In this document: positions 51,213-64,000 of the stretch, piece by piece
How positions within the stretch are numbered: the stretch's first letter is position 1
Layout: each line of letters opens with the position of its first letter
Assembly (NCBI RefSeq): GCF_006345805.1
Contig: NC_042999.1
Coordinates: 20,584,001-20,648,000 of the forward strand
DNA from: Octopus sinensis
Lineage: Eukaryota
Direction: 5' to 3'
Length of the DNA: 64,000 bases
The notes under the pieces: model-generated
What the model was told of the DNA's origin: nothing
The model's input: the letters and a program-made list of their open reading frames with translations, nothing else
The model's database searches: none
Position numbers and translations under genes: made by a program

Positions 51213-52720
51213 ACTACTACTACTACTACTACTACTAGATACTCTCCATTCCTGAATGAAAAAGGTCAATTGCACTTTTTTGTTACCACCTATTTCCCCT
51301 CTTGTTTTTTTTTCCGTTTGACATTTACTTTCAATCTCCTCATCCTTTATATTTCTAATATCCCTTGTCTCCTGTCTGTTTCACTTTAATTATTTTTACA
51401 CCCAACGTTTACAGCAACAATTTCCTTATTATTCTCCTTATTAGCTTTCTTCGAATTCCTTAAATCACTCGCCACCCTGCTGCAGTTCGAGCAATCATCT
51501 CTCACAGGAATGCATTTTTTAAAAATCTTTTCATTGTGCATTGCACTTTACTGCTTTCTCTCTCTCTCTGAATTTCTCCTTCATCGTCTCTCTCTCTCTC
51601 TCACCACTCCTCTCCTCCGCTTTCTATACAATACAATCATTTTCTATCACCCCTTTCCTTTTCTCTTCTTTAAATCCACCTCCAGAATCTTCCGTCTCTG
51701 GATATCACACTCGTTCTCAACTCCCGGCCTACATTTCTCTTCCAGTATCTCTTAAAATAATTACATTCAAAGAAATTACCGAAATGATCTGCGGATGAAA
51801 TGTGAAACACCATTATAAATTATATCATTCTTTAGAATTAAACAAGTTAACCTATCAGCAAAGTGAATAAATAATGAAATCAGAGAAGTATCGAATTGCC
51901 TAACACTTACACACTCACAGACTTACTTGCAGGGCACCCACACACTCATACACACACGCGCTGCACACACACATACACACGGCCACACACAAAATATACA
52001 CACAGATGTTCGCGTGTACATACACAAACAAATTGCAACAAATAATTTTGAAGTTAGCAAATGTTCACGACTCCAAAACAATTCGCAAAAAAAAATAAAA
52101 TTGCCTTTTTCGAATGAATCTTCTATAAGCTATATACGTAAACATTGTTTTTTTAATCCAAACCATTGCAAGTTATAAGACCTAATACAAGTCGGCAGTA
52201 CTTTTAATTTGAATTTAAAGATTTCCCAGGTGGGGAATAGGGCATCCTTTGTCGTTTATTAGCTTCAGTCATTCTATTGTGGTGACGCATCCAAATCTCT
52301 TTCATACTATGCTCTCGTTAGTATTAAGGAAAAGGAAAAAATAGAATCAATATTTTTGATTTTGTTCGGCTCTATGAATTTAATTTTTTTTAATGTTTTC
52401 GTCCATTTTCCGATAGAAGAAAAACAAATTGGAAACATCCTGACCAAAACAGAGAAATTATAACTCAAAAAATATAGTAAGAGAAAGAAATGGTTGCATT
52501 CGAAAGCCAAAAGAACAAACCGACCACAGTACTTACGATTTTGTCTTAAAACTCTGGAACTTTGTCATCGGTTCTTTGGCCGAGCTGGCAATTTTTAAAG
52601 ACCTAAAGAAACCAACATACATTGTAACACGGTGGGGCCGTGACAAACATGGGCACTCGCGCAAGCGCATAGTTATGCCTTTGAGTGTGTGTATGTGTGC
52701 GCACGTATATATATATATGA

Positions 52721-52753
<33 letters not shown>

Positions 52754-52929
52754 ATATATATATAATATATATATATATATAAATGGATGTGTGCATTTTT
52801 CCCTTGTTTACAATTAACACGGAACAAAATGGATAAACAGTTGCCAGGGGACCAAAAAATCACACAATAAGGACGTCACCCTGTTTGTAAAGGTAGAAAC
52901 TCCGGGTTGATGTAAAATGTTTTGTGTAA

Positions 52930-53927
52930 TATATATAAATAAATAAATGGAGTTAAACGCAGGTGTTATTCAAATACTTTTACTTCCGACACATGTTTGG
53001 AAGACAACAATTATATTATTCCAAAGGAATAAAATGGTGTAAAACAATGTAATATTCTCATCAGGGAAAGAAAGAAAGAAACCAGACTCGTGAATAAGAC
53101 ATTTTAACAGAATTTTATGGATGTGAATAATGATTAACGGAGCGCTATTAAGTCTTTTAATTGATTCTCTCCATTTCATTAGCATATGATAAAGGCAAAG
53201 AATTCTGCAAAACCTGTAATGCTGAACTATTTTCTATTCTGTTTTCTACGAAACCCCTTGTAAACACGGTCATAGAGCGTGCTTATCGATGTAAACATTG
53301 GCAAAAACATACCTTTGGTTCATATAAGTGATATCTACCATTATATATAATTTAAACATTGATTTTCTTCTTACATTTCACTTCCACTCGATATATCTTT
53401 TTCCAAGCCTTCAAGCATTTATTTAATTCACATATCGCTTTATATTTCTCCTTTATTACTTTTCTGCTTATTTATTCCCTTTAACCCTCCTCTTTCTATA
53501 GGCTCCCTTTGACGTTATATCCTCTAACGTTTTTAAAAAACACTTAATAGCGTTCAGTTCATCATTATACACATCCATCACATTCTGTTAAATTCACTTA
53601 TTGATGAGTTTGGTGTATTTTTTCTTTCTCTAGTGAGAAGATTAAATTGTTTCACACCATTTTATTCCTTTGGAATAATATGTTTCTTTATTACCCACAA
53701 GAGGCTAAACATAGAGGGGACAAACAAGGACACACAAACGAATTAAGTGGATTACATCGACCCCAGTGCGTAACTGGTATTTAATTTATTGACCCCGAAA
53801 GGATGAAAGGTAAAGTCGACCTCGTCGAAATTTAAACTCAGAACGTAATGGCAGGATGTCTTCGAAACATGTGTCGGAAGTAAAAGAATATAAATAACAC
53901 TTGCGTTTAACTCCATTTATATATATA
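52930..53927. repeat. Diverged long inverted repeat (~230-bp arms); right arm split by a SINE B
   Basis: 52930-53160 is the reverse complement of 53532-53685 + 53857-53927. Confidence 0.8.
53685..53855 (-). mobile_element. SINE family B (truncated)
   Basis: Family B core on the minus strand. Confidence 0.85.
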
Positions 53928-54012
53928 TCGAAAGGGAGTCTAACACCAGTCCTTCCGTAGCATTTACATCGCCTAACCTGCCTTCTGGGTCCTCTGCATA
54001 CCAAAACGTCTC

Positions 54013-54057
<45 letters not shown>

Positions 54058-54084
54058 CGTGTGTGTGTCTGTATGTGTATGTGT

Positions 54085-54310
54085 GTGCGTGCGTATGTTT
54101 GTGTGTCTGTGCTTGCGCCACCTCCCCAACGTCGTTTGACAACCGATGCTGGTGTGTTTACGTCCCCGTAACTTAGCGGTTCGGCAAAACAAACCTATAG
54201 AATAAGTACTGAGCTTACAAAGAATAAGTCCTGGGGTCGATTTGCACGACTAAAGGTGGTGCTCCAGCCTGGCCACAGTCAAATGACAGGAACAAGTAAA
54301 AGATTAAAAG
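54085..54310 (+). mobile_element. SINE family A 3' half
   Basis: TTGACAACCGATGCTGGTGTGTTTACGTCCCCG through to the tail. Confidence 0.85.
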
Positions 54311-55156
54311 TGTAACATTTACAAATTCTGTTTTCTGACTAGGTAAAAATGATCAAAGCTTAAACCTCTGTAAAACTTTCCGAAAAATGTTTCTCGAATA
54401 AATAATCCCAAAGTCGGATTCAGCATGAAAAAGTACATCAACATAGCGAATTTGCAAACTTTGGTTTTATATACAAAATTTCAAATCTATAACATTTTAA
54501 AATCTCTCTATCTCATTCACTTTTCACTAATCCCATGATAAAAATTTACCCCTCTCATTATATATTACTACTCTCTTTCCCCTCGCTTTCTCTCTCTTTT
54601 TCTCTCTCTCACTCACACACTACTAAAGAACAGAGCTCACACCGTCTGAGTGTGTGTGTGTGTGTTTTTTGTCAATGTTTGTGTATCCATGTGTGTAAAA
54701 ATTTTCATTAAGGTGACACAGCGATTTTAAAATGGTATGTAAGAGAAAATTTATTTTGATAGCATACTTTTCTTTTACTCAATGTTTTTTTCTTCTTACA
54801 AACACTTGCTCGTCTGTTGCGGGATTGGGAATTAAAAATTCAAATTACATTTTTTTGTTTTTGTTGTTTCTCAGTCCCAGCAGTGGATCTGCGCAACACT
54901 ATTCCATAAAATGTGTTTATGGGGAGAAAAATGTCTAGAAACATTTATATACGTGACAAAAGAAAAACAGGGACGGACCAGGTGCTAGAAACATCAGCTA
55001 AATCTGCTTTAAATCACAGCTCTTTTCTTCTCAAAATTAGTTTGAAATTATAAAGAAAAAGAAATCGCAGATTCGGATTGTCAGTATATTAAAATTGTAA
55101 TTGAAAAAGATTTCGGGAAAAAACCTGGCGTTAATGAAAACGTTAAAAAAATTCCA

Positions 55157-55605
55157 CTCTTTTCTTACCTTCTAAGCTTCAGCTGAGAATTGTGGCCATG
55201 CTGGGGCACCGCCGTTTTGCTACACTGTTATTATTGAGAGGCTCCTCTAATATGTGACATATGGTGAAGAAGGGAGTTTATGTCATTATCCTCATTTGCA
55301 TTTCTTTCTAAGACGTAAGTTCATCTGGGACTCTCAACAGGAAAAGGTCTTGTTTTGATTTGTAAACACCTACGTCAACTTCGTGTAGGTCCCTCAGGCT
55401 CTTTGGGAGAATATTAAAAATTTGTGGGCCTCTCAAAGCCAGGCTGTTGCAGTAACTGGTCCTGAAGCGCGATGACATTTTTGGGATCTTTGGCACTGTG
55501 GAGTGTCGACCCGTTCTGGCATTTATGTAGCTTTCAATGACAGACTTTGGCACAATTCATTCCAGGATCTTCCAAATATATATTACTGCTTACCTCTCCC
55601 GTCTA
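55157..55605 (-). mobile_element. CR1/L2-group LINE 3' fragment
   Basis: RRER*AVIYIWKILE..VP....YCNSLALRGPQIFNILPKSLRDL...KSKQDLFLLRVPDE; 3' UTR ends with a SINE A-like tail. Confidence 0.75.
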
Positions 55606-56112
55606 GTTTATAAATTATGTTTCATTTTATGTTTGAAAATAAAGTCAGTAGGTATTTTTATGGTTATCACCGACTTTTAATTTTTTTCTTTAAACTTCGA
55701 GGCTTTTCCCATCCTTTTTAAGTGTCTAGTGCCAAAACTTTGGCCAAAATCGGTACTAAGTTGAGGACGGGGTTAGGAAAACAAAACAAATCAGAAATTA
55801 TCAAGACTTATTTTTTTATCGAAAAGGCATTTCCCATCGTTGTTACCTGCGTAGTGGAAATAAAAATTGGATAAAATCGGTCCGCAAAGGAGTGAGAGAC
55901 GAATTTATAAATTCTCAGTCATTATTTTTGCATAAAAAAAATTTCCCCTAACATTTACTAGGGTGCCGTGAAAAAATAATTTGAAAATTCCTCGTCAAAA
56001 AAAAATTCCAGTTATACTATTCTGCAAGAGTCTTGTTGTGAAAATTACTCGGCAACGACGAGATACCCTGCTACTCTGCTTATGCATATACGTATATATA
56101 TATAAACGTATA

Positions 56113-56308
56113 CTGGGTACGATGGGTAAATTGTCACCATCTTACATTTTTTATTTCACGCATGCGCTTTGACTGTATCTGACTTTGTCGACTACACAGT
56201 ATAGCAGTGTCAGTTCGGCAGTTTTGTAAATTAATGTAGATAGAACAAACAACGCGCATATGTGAAGTGAAAAATATAAAATGGCGACAATTTACTCATC
56301 GCATCCTA
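56113..56308. mobile_element. Tc1/mariner-type MITE with ~55-bp TIRs
   Basis: TA|CTGGGTACGATGGGTAAATTGTCACCAT...ATGGCGACAATTTACTCATCGCATCCTA|TA. Confidence 0.75.
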
Positions 56309-56927
56309 TATATCTACATGTGTGCGTGTGTGTCTTTGCATATGTGTGTGCGCGCGCGTATTTGTGTGTGTATGTATGTGTGAGTGTAGATATATAGATA
56401 GATTGATATGTACCGCTGAGGCGTGAATAAAATAATAAATGTATTTAAGTCAAATTAGCATTTTAGCGAGGAATATTAAAAGAATCGCTTATGCTAAATA
56501 CTAATATATAACTTAAAAATTAAAATAAAATATAAGAATATGGAAAATGTCAATAATCAGAATGGAAGCAATTTCAGTAGAATTATTTGTAGTAGTAGCA
56601 GTAATATTTTCAATATATTCCCAAGCTGATAAATGGGTTTCAAACGTATGAAAGATCTCTTGGGAGATAATTTACCTATCAAACATTTATGAATGCAATA
56701 AAAATTGAAAAACATACCACATATTTTTTACTTAAAAGTTCTTCCCAGAAAGCGTTATATTTTGACTAAGTAATTTTTCAGATATTCAACAATACACAAA
56801 CTTTTTTTCGTACATACTGGAAAATATATAGACGTAAGCACACTCATGTAAATACACCTCCCACCGCGACCTGCGCACGCATAGAGATGTACGGATATAG
56901 GCATTTGTATAGTTTTCACACACAAGC

Positions 56928-56980
<53 letters not shown>

Positions 56981-57007
56981 CCACAACTCAACTTTTATAT
57001 ATATATA

Positions 57008-57054
<47 letters not shown>

Positions 57055-57309
57055 TATATATATATATATTTCTAAATATATATTCATATTTATACAGAGT
57101 AGATAGAAACATAGATATAAATATCTATGTTGGCATCTGTGTGTATATATATATATATATATATAAGACGAAGACAAAGATATCAATGTAACATTAGTTT
57201 AATAATAGTTACAATCGTTTCTGTAAAATTGTACTCCATTTCACATTTCGTTGTGTATGAGTGTGTATGAGTATATGTGTGTGTGTGTTTGTATCTGTGT
57301 TAGTGTATC

Positions 57310-58558
57310 TTGGGCGATCCCATAAATAATGCGGTATTTTCAATTGCATGAACTAAAAGTCGTAGTGGGACGGGATAAACGACCTGCATCAACATAATAT
57401 ATAAAACCAAGCAGGAATTTTACCTTGTACTTATGCGTAGTGGAAGTTTTGAAGAGTGCTTTTTACATTTTAACAGTTTATTTTATCAAAGCTATAATGG
57501 AAGTAACAAAGGTATATTTTGCTTTATGAGTTCAATAAAGACAACAAAGCAACGGAATTGGCAAGGAATATTAATGCAGCATATGGGGATATGACAATAA
57601 GCGTAAGCCAGTGTCAACGGTGATTCCAGAAATTCTAAGCCGTAATCTACAGCCTAGAAGACGATCCTCGTCCTGGAAGATCTATAGAGCTCTACGAGGA
57701 CGTCTTGGATCCCACGTGGAACAGAATCCCATCGTAACTGTTGGGGACCTAGCAGTGTAGCTTGCATTTGGTCAGTCAACCACTCATCGAAACATGCGTG
57801 CCATCTGAGAAGTAGAAAAATGGGTTAATGGGTTCCTCACAAACTTTCCAATTCTGATGACGCTAAAGTGTGAATGTGTGCTCTTCTTTGCTGTCACGTC
57901 TCAGGAATGAACCTTTTTTCGACCGAAGAGTGACTGGTGACGAGTTATAGGTTCTCTATAAAAACGTCAAGAGCCGAAGGCAGTGTGTAAGGAAAGGAGA
58001 AATGCCGGCACCCCAGGTTAGAGAAGGTCTTCACCCGCAAAAGATGTTGTTATGTGTTTGGTGGGATATAAATGATGTAATCCACGTTCAAGTTTAAACC
58101 CAAAACAAAAGATAACAAAGGAGATCTACTGCAAGCAGCTTGAGCGGTTTCGGTCAGCGGTAGAAGAAAAACGACTATCGTTATTTTCAAGGTGTAAGGT
58201 GTTCTTCCATAGAAAGAGGATGACATTGAGAGGGCTGGAGCAGTTTGGTTGGGAAATAATGCCCCATCGACCATATTTGCCGCACATTGCCCCATCTGAT
58301 TATCATTTATTCCGCAGTCTTCAATGTCATTTGGGCGAAAAAATTATGAATTCAGTAGACGATATCAGAACAGTACTGGAGGCGGACTTTTCGTCACGGA
58401 CAAATGAGTTTTGGAAGAGGGGCTTTGCACGTCTAACAGATAGATGGCAGTGCATTGTAGACAATGAAGGAGAATATATTCTAGATTAAAAGAACATGTT
58501 TACCTTAATTTTGAAAAATAAAAGCATAAAAAACCGCAATATTAAAGGGATGACACAA
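57310..58558 (+). mobile_element. Full-length degenerate mariner transposon (~1.25 kb)
   Basis: TIRs TTGGGCGATCCCATAAATAATGCGGT / ACCGCAATATTAAAGGGATGACACAA|TA. Confidence 0.9.
57497..58489 (+). pseudogene. Mariner transposase pseudogene
   Basis: WVPHKL, VTGDE and PHRPYLPHIAPSDYHLFRSL motifs; many stops and frameshifts. Confidence 0.9.
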
Positions 58559-58589
58559 TACATACATGTGTGTGTGTGTGTGTGTGTTG

Positions 58590-58750
58590 TTTGTTCCTTC
58601 TCGAGCTATGCCTGGCTCATAAGAGCAGGTTTCCCGATTTTATTGGCGTATAGGTTCCCAACTTAGACGGCACTTGCCTTTCGTCGTAGGTGAACTGCTA
58701 GATGCGGGGGGAAAATTGTGGGGAAAGAGTCAGCAGAAGTTCCCCATTAC
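58590..58750 (-). mobile_element. SINE C/T2 3' fragment
   Basis: Reverse complement of ~16345-16515. Confidence 0.6.
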
Positions 58751-58764
58751 CTATATATATAAAG

Positions 58765-58980
<216 letters not shown>

Positions 58981-59197
58981 GGCTTGCACATCCCGGAAAG
59001 TCCGTGACGATATTTAAAGAAAAGAACAAAGTCAATAAATTGACATTTTTACCATTAAGATTATTCTGCGGCGAATAAGTGAATAGCTGCTCTAAATGGA
59101 GGTGTAATCAAATCCTTTTTTTATGAACACAACCACGATCTAAAATACGTCGAAAGGTAAGCTACAATAAATCGGCACGAACTTTCCGGACAACCCA
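58981..59197. mobile_element. Mariner-type MITE
   Basis: CCGGAAAGTCCGTGACGAT...ATCGGCACGAACTTTCCGGACAACCCA|TA. Confidence 0.6.
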
Positions 59198-59231
59198 TAT
59201 GTATGTATGTATGTATTATATATATATATAT

Positions 59232-59394
59232 ATAGAATGGTTGTATACTGTCAAGCTAACAAGAACGTGACAGTAGGGGGTACACCACTGCTGTATAGCC
59301 CTAGGAAGCGTTCGATGCTTCCTAGGGCTATACAGCGGTGGTGTACCCCCTACTGTTAGGTTCTTGTTAGATTGACAGTATACAACCATTCTAT
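59232..59394. repeat. Near-perfect ~163-bp palindrome between (TA)n tracts
   Basis: ATAGAATGGTTGTATACTGTCAA...CCTAGGAAGC gttcgat GCTTCCTAGG...TTGACAGTATACAACCATTCTAT. Confidence 0.9.
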
Positions 59395-59445
59395 CGCCCC
59401 ACCACCGTACATGTCTCTACGAGAGATTTAGAAATTCAATATTTC

Positions 59446-59476
<31 letters not shown>

Positions 59477-59526
59477 TATATATATATATATGTGTGTGTA
59501 TATATATATATATATGTGTGTATATA

Positions 59527-59588
<62 letters not shown>

Positions 59589-60114
59589 ACTCTTCCATCT
59601 TTCAAATGGTATACTCCATTTCCTATGTATCTTTTGCACTTTCGACGGCTATATTTTTCTTGCATTTAAATGCTTTACCCGATAGATTTCCACTTCATTT
59701 GGCTGTATTTTTGTTGAAGCTTTTCAGTTTGTGTTTGCGTAGGTAACAGTAGATTTGTGGAAGTGACAGCGCGTTTGCGTAGGTGACTTCTGAGACTAGT
59801 AAAGTATGTACGGCATTCGATGTCATAAAAGGCTCTCGGGAATGCAACGCGCAATATAATTTCATCAGTGCGTATTCAGGAGGAAATGTTTTTAGCGCAT
59901 TAAAGCATGTAATGTTTAAAGCAATCTAACACTGCATTGCAAAACATCACAAACTATCATAACGCCGATCCATCAATCCGATATTTCTTATTACAGGACA
60001 AGAAATAATAATATTGTGTTAGGAAATCTTCTTCTTCTTCTCTTCTTCTTCTTCTTCTTCTTCTTCTTCTTCTTCTTCTTCTTCTTCTTCTTCTTCTTCT
60101 TCTTCTTCTAATTA

Positions 60115-60211
<97 letters not shown>

Positions 60212-60249
60212 CATTGCTTCGTGACACTGTGTAGGTAAAAATGCACCGG

Positions 60250-60790
60250 AGACAGACAATTTTTCCTTAAGATGTGTGTTGTGCCCAAAAAGACTGGCAT
60301 AGATAAGTGTGTAGTATTAGTCATGAGAAGAGGTCAGTTAGCCAATAGCGAAGACATCCAATTACCAGGTCTCCAGATATTAAAATTATTGAAAGGAGAG
60401 AGTTATAAGTATATAGGAGTATTAGAATTTGACAGAATAACAGCTATTGAGAAGTACATCAGAAGGGTAAGGAATTATGCAAATCAAAAGAGGGAATTTT
60501 TACTCATATAGTAAGTGAATGTAGCATGCTGGCACAGATAGAATACAAAAACTGACATGACTATCTAGGGAGAGTAATCCACTGGGAGTTATGTAGAAAG
60601 ATATGATTTTACCATACTGAAAAAGGTATGACCTTGAACCTAGTAAATTGCTAGAAAGTAAGAAATATAAGATCATGTAGAACTTTAATGTGGGACTTTA
60701 ATATTCAGACTGACAGAGTAATAGAAGCTGGAAGGCCTGATTACTAGACAAAGTAATAGAAAAAAATGCCAGTTAATTTACTTTGAAGAT
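60250..60790 (+). mobile_element. Degenerate R4/Dong-like LINE fragment
   Basis: GIDKC..YKYIGVLE; SECSMLAQ..IHWELC; IQTDRVIEA.RPD; same family as 1345..2450. Confidence 0.75.
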
Positions 60791-60824
60791 AACAAAAATC
60801 GCTACATTTTTCTCCCTCACTTAC

Positions 60825-61460
60825 AGACTCAGTGTGGTGATTTTACCATTTGTTAGCAGTTTGACTTTTATAATGCCGACATAGTATCCAGTATAGATAT
60901 TGGCCAAATCTATCATGTCTAGATTTATATTCTATAAGTACTAAAACCTTACAGAGATTGGGTGATCCACTGTTTCAATCTCATCGTTGCAGTATCGGCA
61001 TTTTGGGTCTATTCCATTTTCTTCACGTTGGCTTTGTAGTTCGGGGTTAATAAACGCTGATCTTCAGCAGCAGCCAACATAAAGCCTTCGTACTGTGCCT
61101 TTAGTTCTGAGCTCCGTGGCCACAGATGAGTGTGGTTCTGGTCCACATCAGCTTGTTTGCTACGGGCCATAGTTTAGCCATGCAGATGTGTTTTGCTCTC
61201 ACCCATCAGCCAATTGTCCAAACGCTTTTTGCTATGCCATTGGTTTCATATTCTTTACAACTTCAGTTGCTGCACTTCCATCATTCTGTTCAACCTGGTT
61301 ATCATGTATGAGCTCATTCGCAAATTTTTTGCCCTTCTTCATGACTAAATAAAGCTTCTCTCGTGGTTTTCAACGAGTTTTAGCATCCAATCGTTATACG
61401 TTTCAAGATATTTGGCGACCTTTCCAGTTGTAATAGATTTCAAATTGGACTAAGTCTCGA
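60825..61460 (-). mobile_element. Degenerate fragment related to the 44-48 kb R4/Dong element
   Basis: Reverse complement aligns by eye with ~47005-47650 (GATTGGATGCTAAAACTCGTTGAAAACCACGAGA; AAATGCCGATACTGCAACGATGAGATTGAAACAGTGGATCACC). Confidence 0.8.
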
Positions 61461-61493
61461 CTTCAAAAGTGTTGCATAAAAGTTACCAGTATG

Positions 61494-61898
61494 CCGCAGG
61501 AGTGGCTGTGTGGTAAGTAGCTTGCTAACCAACCACATGGTTCCGGGTTCAGTCCCACTGCGTGGCAACTTGGGCCAGTGTCTTCTGCTATAGCCCCGGG
61601 CCGACCAATGCCTTGTGAGTGGATTTGGTAGACGGAAACTGAAAGAAGCCTGTCGTATATATGTATATATATATAAGTGTGTGTGTATATGTTTGTGTGT
61701 CTGTGTTTGTCCCCTTAGGATTGCTTGACAACCGATGCTGGTGTGTTTACGTCCCCGTCACTTAGCTGTTCGGCAAAAGAGACCGATAGAATAAGTACTG
61801 GGCTTACAAAGAATAAGTCCCAGGGTCGATTTGCTCGACTAAAGGCGGTGCTCCAGCATGGCCGCAGTCAAATGACTGAAACAAGTAAAAGAGTAAAG
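61494..61898 (+). mobile_element. SINE family A, full length, TSD AGTATG
   Basis: tRNA-like head (TGGCTGTGTGGTAAG; GGTTCAGTCCC); TSD at 61488-61493 and 61899-61904. Confidence 0.92.
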
Positions 61899-62090
61899 AG
61901 TATGTGGCGAAAATCTATCCGCGTTTCAAACAGATATTTCCTCAGCAGCCTATTGTAGCCCTTAGACGGAATAATAATATAAGAGAATTATTGACATCTC
62001 TTTCTGACTCCAAGAAAACGAATATTGGAGTGTCTGCAAGCTGTATCTTGAAAAACAGCCGCAAAAGAGTTAAGCCCTGTTCATTGTACA

Positions 62091-62472
62091 TTGGAAGCAC
62101 TCCGTCGGTTACGACGACGAGGGTTCCGGTTGATCTGATCAACGGAACAGCCTGCTCGTGAAATTAACGTGTAAGTGGCTGAGTACTCCACAGACACGTG
62201 TACACTTAACGCAGTTCTCGGGGATATTCAGCGTGACACAGAGAGTGACAAGGCCGGTCCTTTGAAATACAGGTACAACAGAAACAGGAAGTAAGAGTGA
62301 GAGAAAGTTGTGGTGAAAGAGTACAGCAGGGATCACCACCCCCTGCCGGAGCCTCGTGGAGCTTTAGGTGATTTCGCTCAATAAACACTCACAACAACCG
62401 GTCTGGGAATCGAAACCGCGATCCTACGCCTGCGAGTCCGCTGCCCTAACCACTGGGCCATTGCGCCTCCAC
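62091..62472 (-). mobile_element. SINE family C head + tail T1, full length, 12-bp TSD
   Basis: TSD GTTCATTGTACA at 62079-62090 and 62473-62484. Confidence 0.92.
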
Positions 62473-63154
62473 GTTCATTGTACAACAACAAGTGTCAAGT
62501 GAATTCCATCAGGAATCATAACAGAAATGTAATGATTTATACAGAAGGTGGGACAAGTAGGGATTCCCATTTTGTGTACGCGGCATAATGCCCGAAATAC
62601 AAATTAATTTATGTTGTTGTACAACTGAACAATTAAACAAAATGTTTAATGGGAATAGATATGAAGTCTGGCACAATAACAATTGCTCGACAGAACTTGC
62701 TGAACATTTTGCTTCAAACGGCTGAAGTTTTGAAAAGGACTTCAAATTGCATATTCTCAGAAAATATTCTGAATCTGTTTCGCTTTCACTACTCAAAATC
62801 CATGTAGAAAAATATGTTTGCGGGTTATTAACATCACGCCCTGGAGGAATGAATAAAATGACAGGAGAATATCATCAAATTTATACAAAAATGTTTGATC
62901 AAATATTCTTCTTTTTTCTTTCCTCATTCTTTCTGTCTTTCTTTTCGCCTGTTATAAAATTGAAACTTAAAGACTGATGATGTCATTCCATCAGCGTGTG
63001 GACGCTGGTTGATCTTGTTCATACTTTAAATTGAAAATTTCTATAATTTTGAATTTTTATAATTCATTTTGAACTTGACAAAGACAGACTTACCGTTGAA
63101 ATATCGTTCAACCAATAAAACATCTATTACAATCGAAACACGGTCTTCGTCTTG

Positions 63155-63440
<286 letters not shown>

Positions 63441-63630
63441 AGCGGCCATGGATCAAAATTTGTCTATAGTAGCTAGCGCCAGTGACAAAGTTAAATTTTG
63501 GTTTGCCCAACTTTGCATAAAGGACACGAGGTAAGCTTTGAGACAAAACTTCAGAGCAATATGCGTTTTATATGCCAACAAAGAAGGTAGTTCTACATAC
63601 ATCAACTTTAGTAAATCTATATATACATAT

Positions 63631-64000
63631 AGGCGCAGGAGTGGCTGTGTGGTAAGTAGCTTGCTAACCAGCCACATGGTTCCGGGTTCAGTCCCACTGC
63701 GTGGCATCTTGGGCCAGTGTCTTCTGCTATAGCCCCGGGCCGACCAATGCCTTGTGAGTGGATTTGGTAGACGGAAACTGAAAGAAGCCTGTCGTATATA
63801 TGTATATATATATATGTGTGTGTGTGTGTTTGTGTGTCTGTGTTTGTCCCCCTAGCATTGCTTGACAACCGATGCTGGTGTGTTTACGTCCCCGTCACTT
63901 AGCGGTTCGGCAAAAGAGACCGATAGAATAAGTACTGGGCTTATAAAGAATAAGTCCCGGTGTTGAGTTGCTCGACTAAAGGCGGTGCTCCAGCATGGCC
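63631..64000 (+). mobile_element. SINE family A (runs off the window)
   Basis: Nearly identical to the 61494 copy. Confidence 0.92.

Larger units (their letters stand above)
61462..63000 (+). pseudogene. Penelope-like element remnant: linker + GIY-YIG endonuclease, interrupted by two SINEs
   Basis: KVLHKSYQY|VAKIYPRFKQIFPQQPIVALRRNNNIRELL; FVYAA*CPKYKLIYV; STELAEHF; LTSRPGGMNK; CTGATGA half-HHR at ~62974. Confidence 0.7.

Overview
AT-rich eukaryotic DNA dense in microsatellites and transposons. The SINE families, TTAGGG repeats and (TA)n/(AAT)n load suggest an octopus/coleoid cephalopod; this is recognition, not a database result. No host protein-coding gene can be supported, and almost all ORFs in the track are translations of microsatellites or SINEs. 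Main content: a near full-length but frameshifted R4/Dong-type RLE LINE (~44.24-48.3 kb) plus older fragments; a full-length dead mariner (57.31-58.56 kb) and several TA-flanked MITEs; a Penelope-like GIY-YIG remnant; RTE and CR1-like LINE fragments; and more than 30 tRNA-derived SINE copies built from shuffled modules. Most notable observations: (i) several families of short non-coding elements carrying minimal hammerhead ribozyme (HHR) motifs, one of them a structured 362-bp tandem/inverted retrozyme-like unit with a compensatory U3:A8 core; (ii) two related GG...CC MITEs carrying internal telomeric repeats; (iii) a 5'-inverted, twin-priming-like RTE insertion with an exact 11-bp TSD; (iv) a SINE/LINE shared 3' tail.
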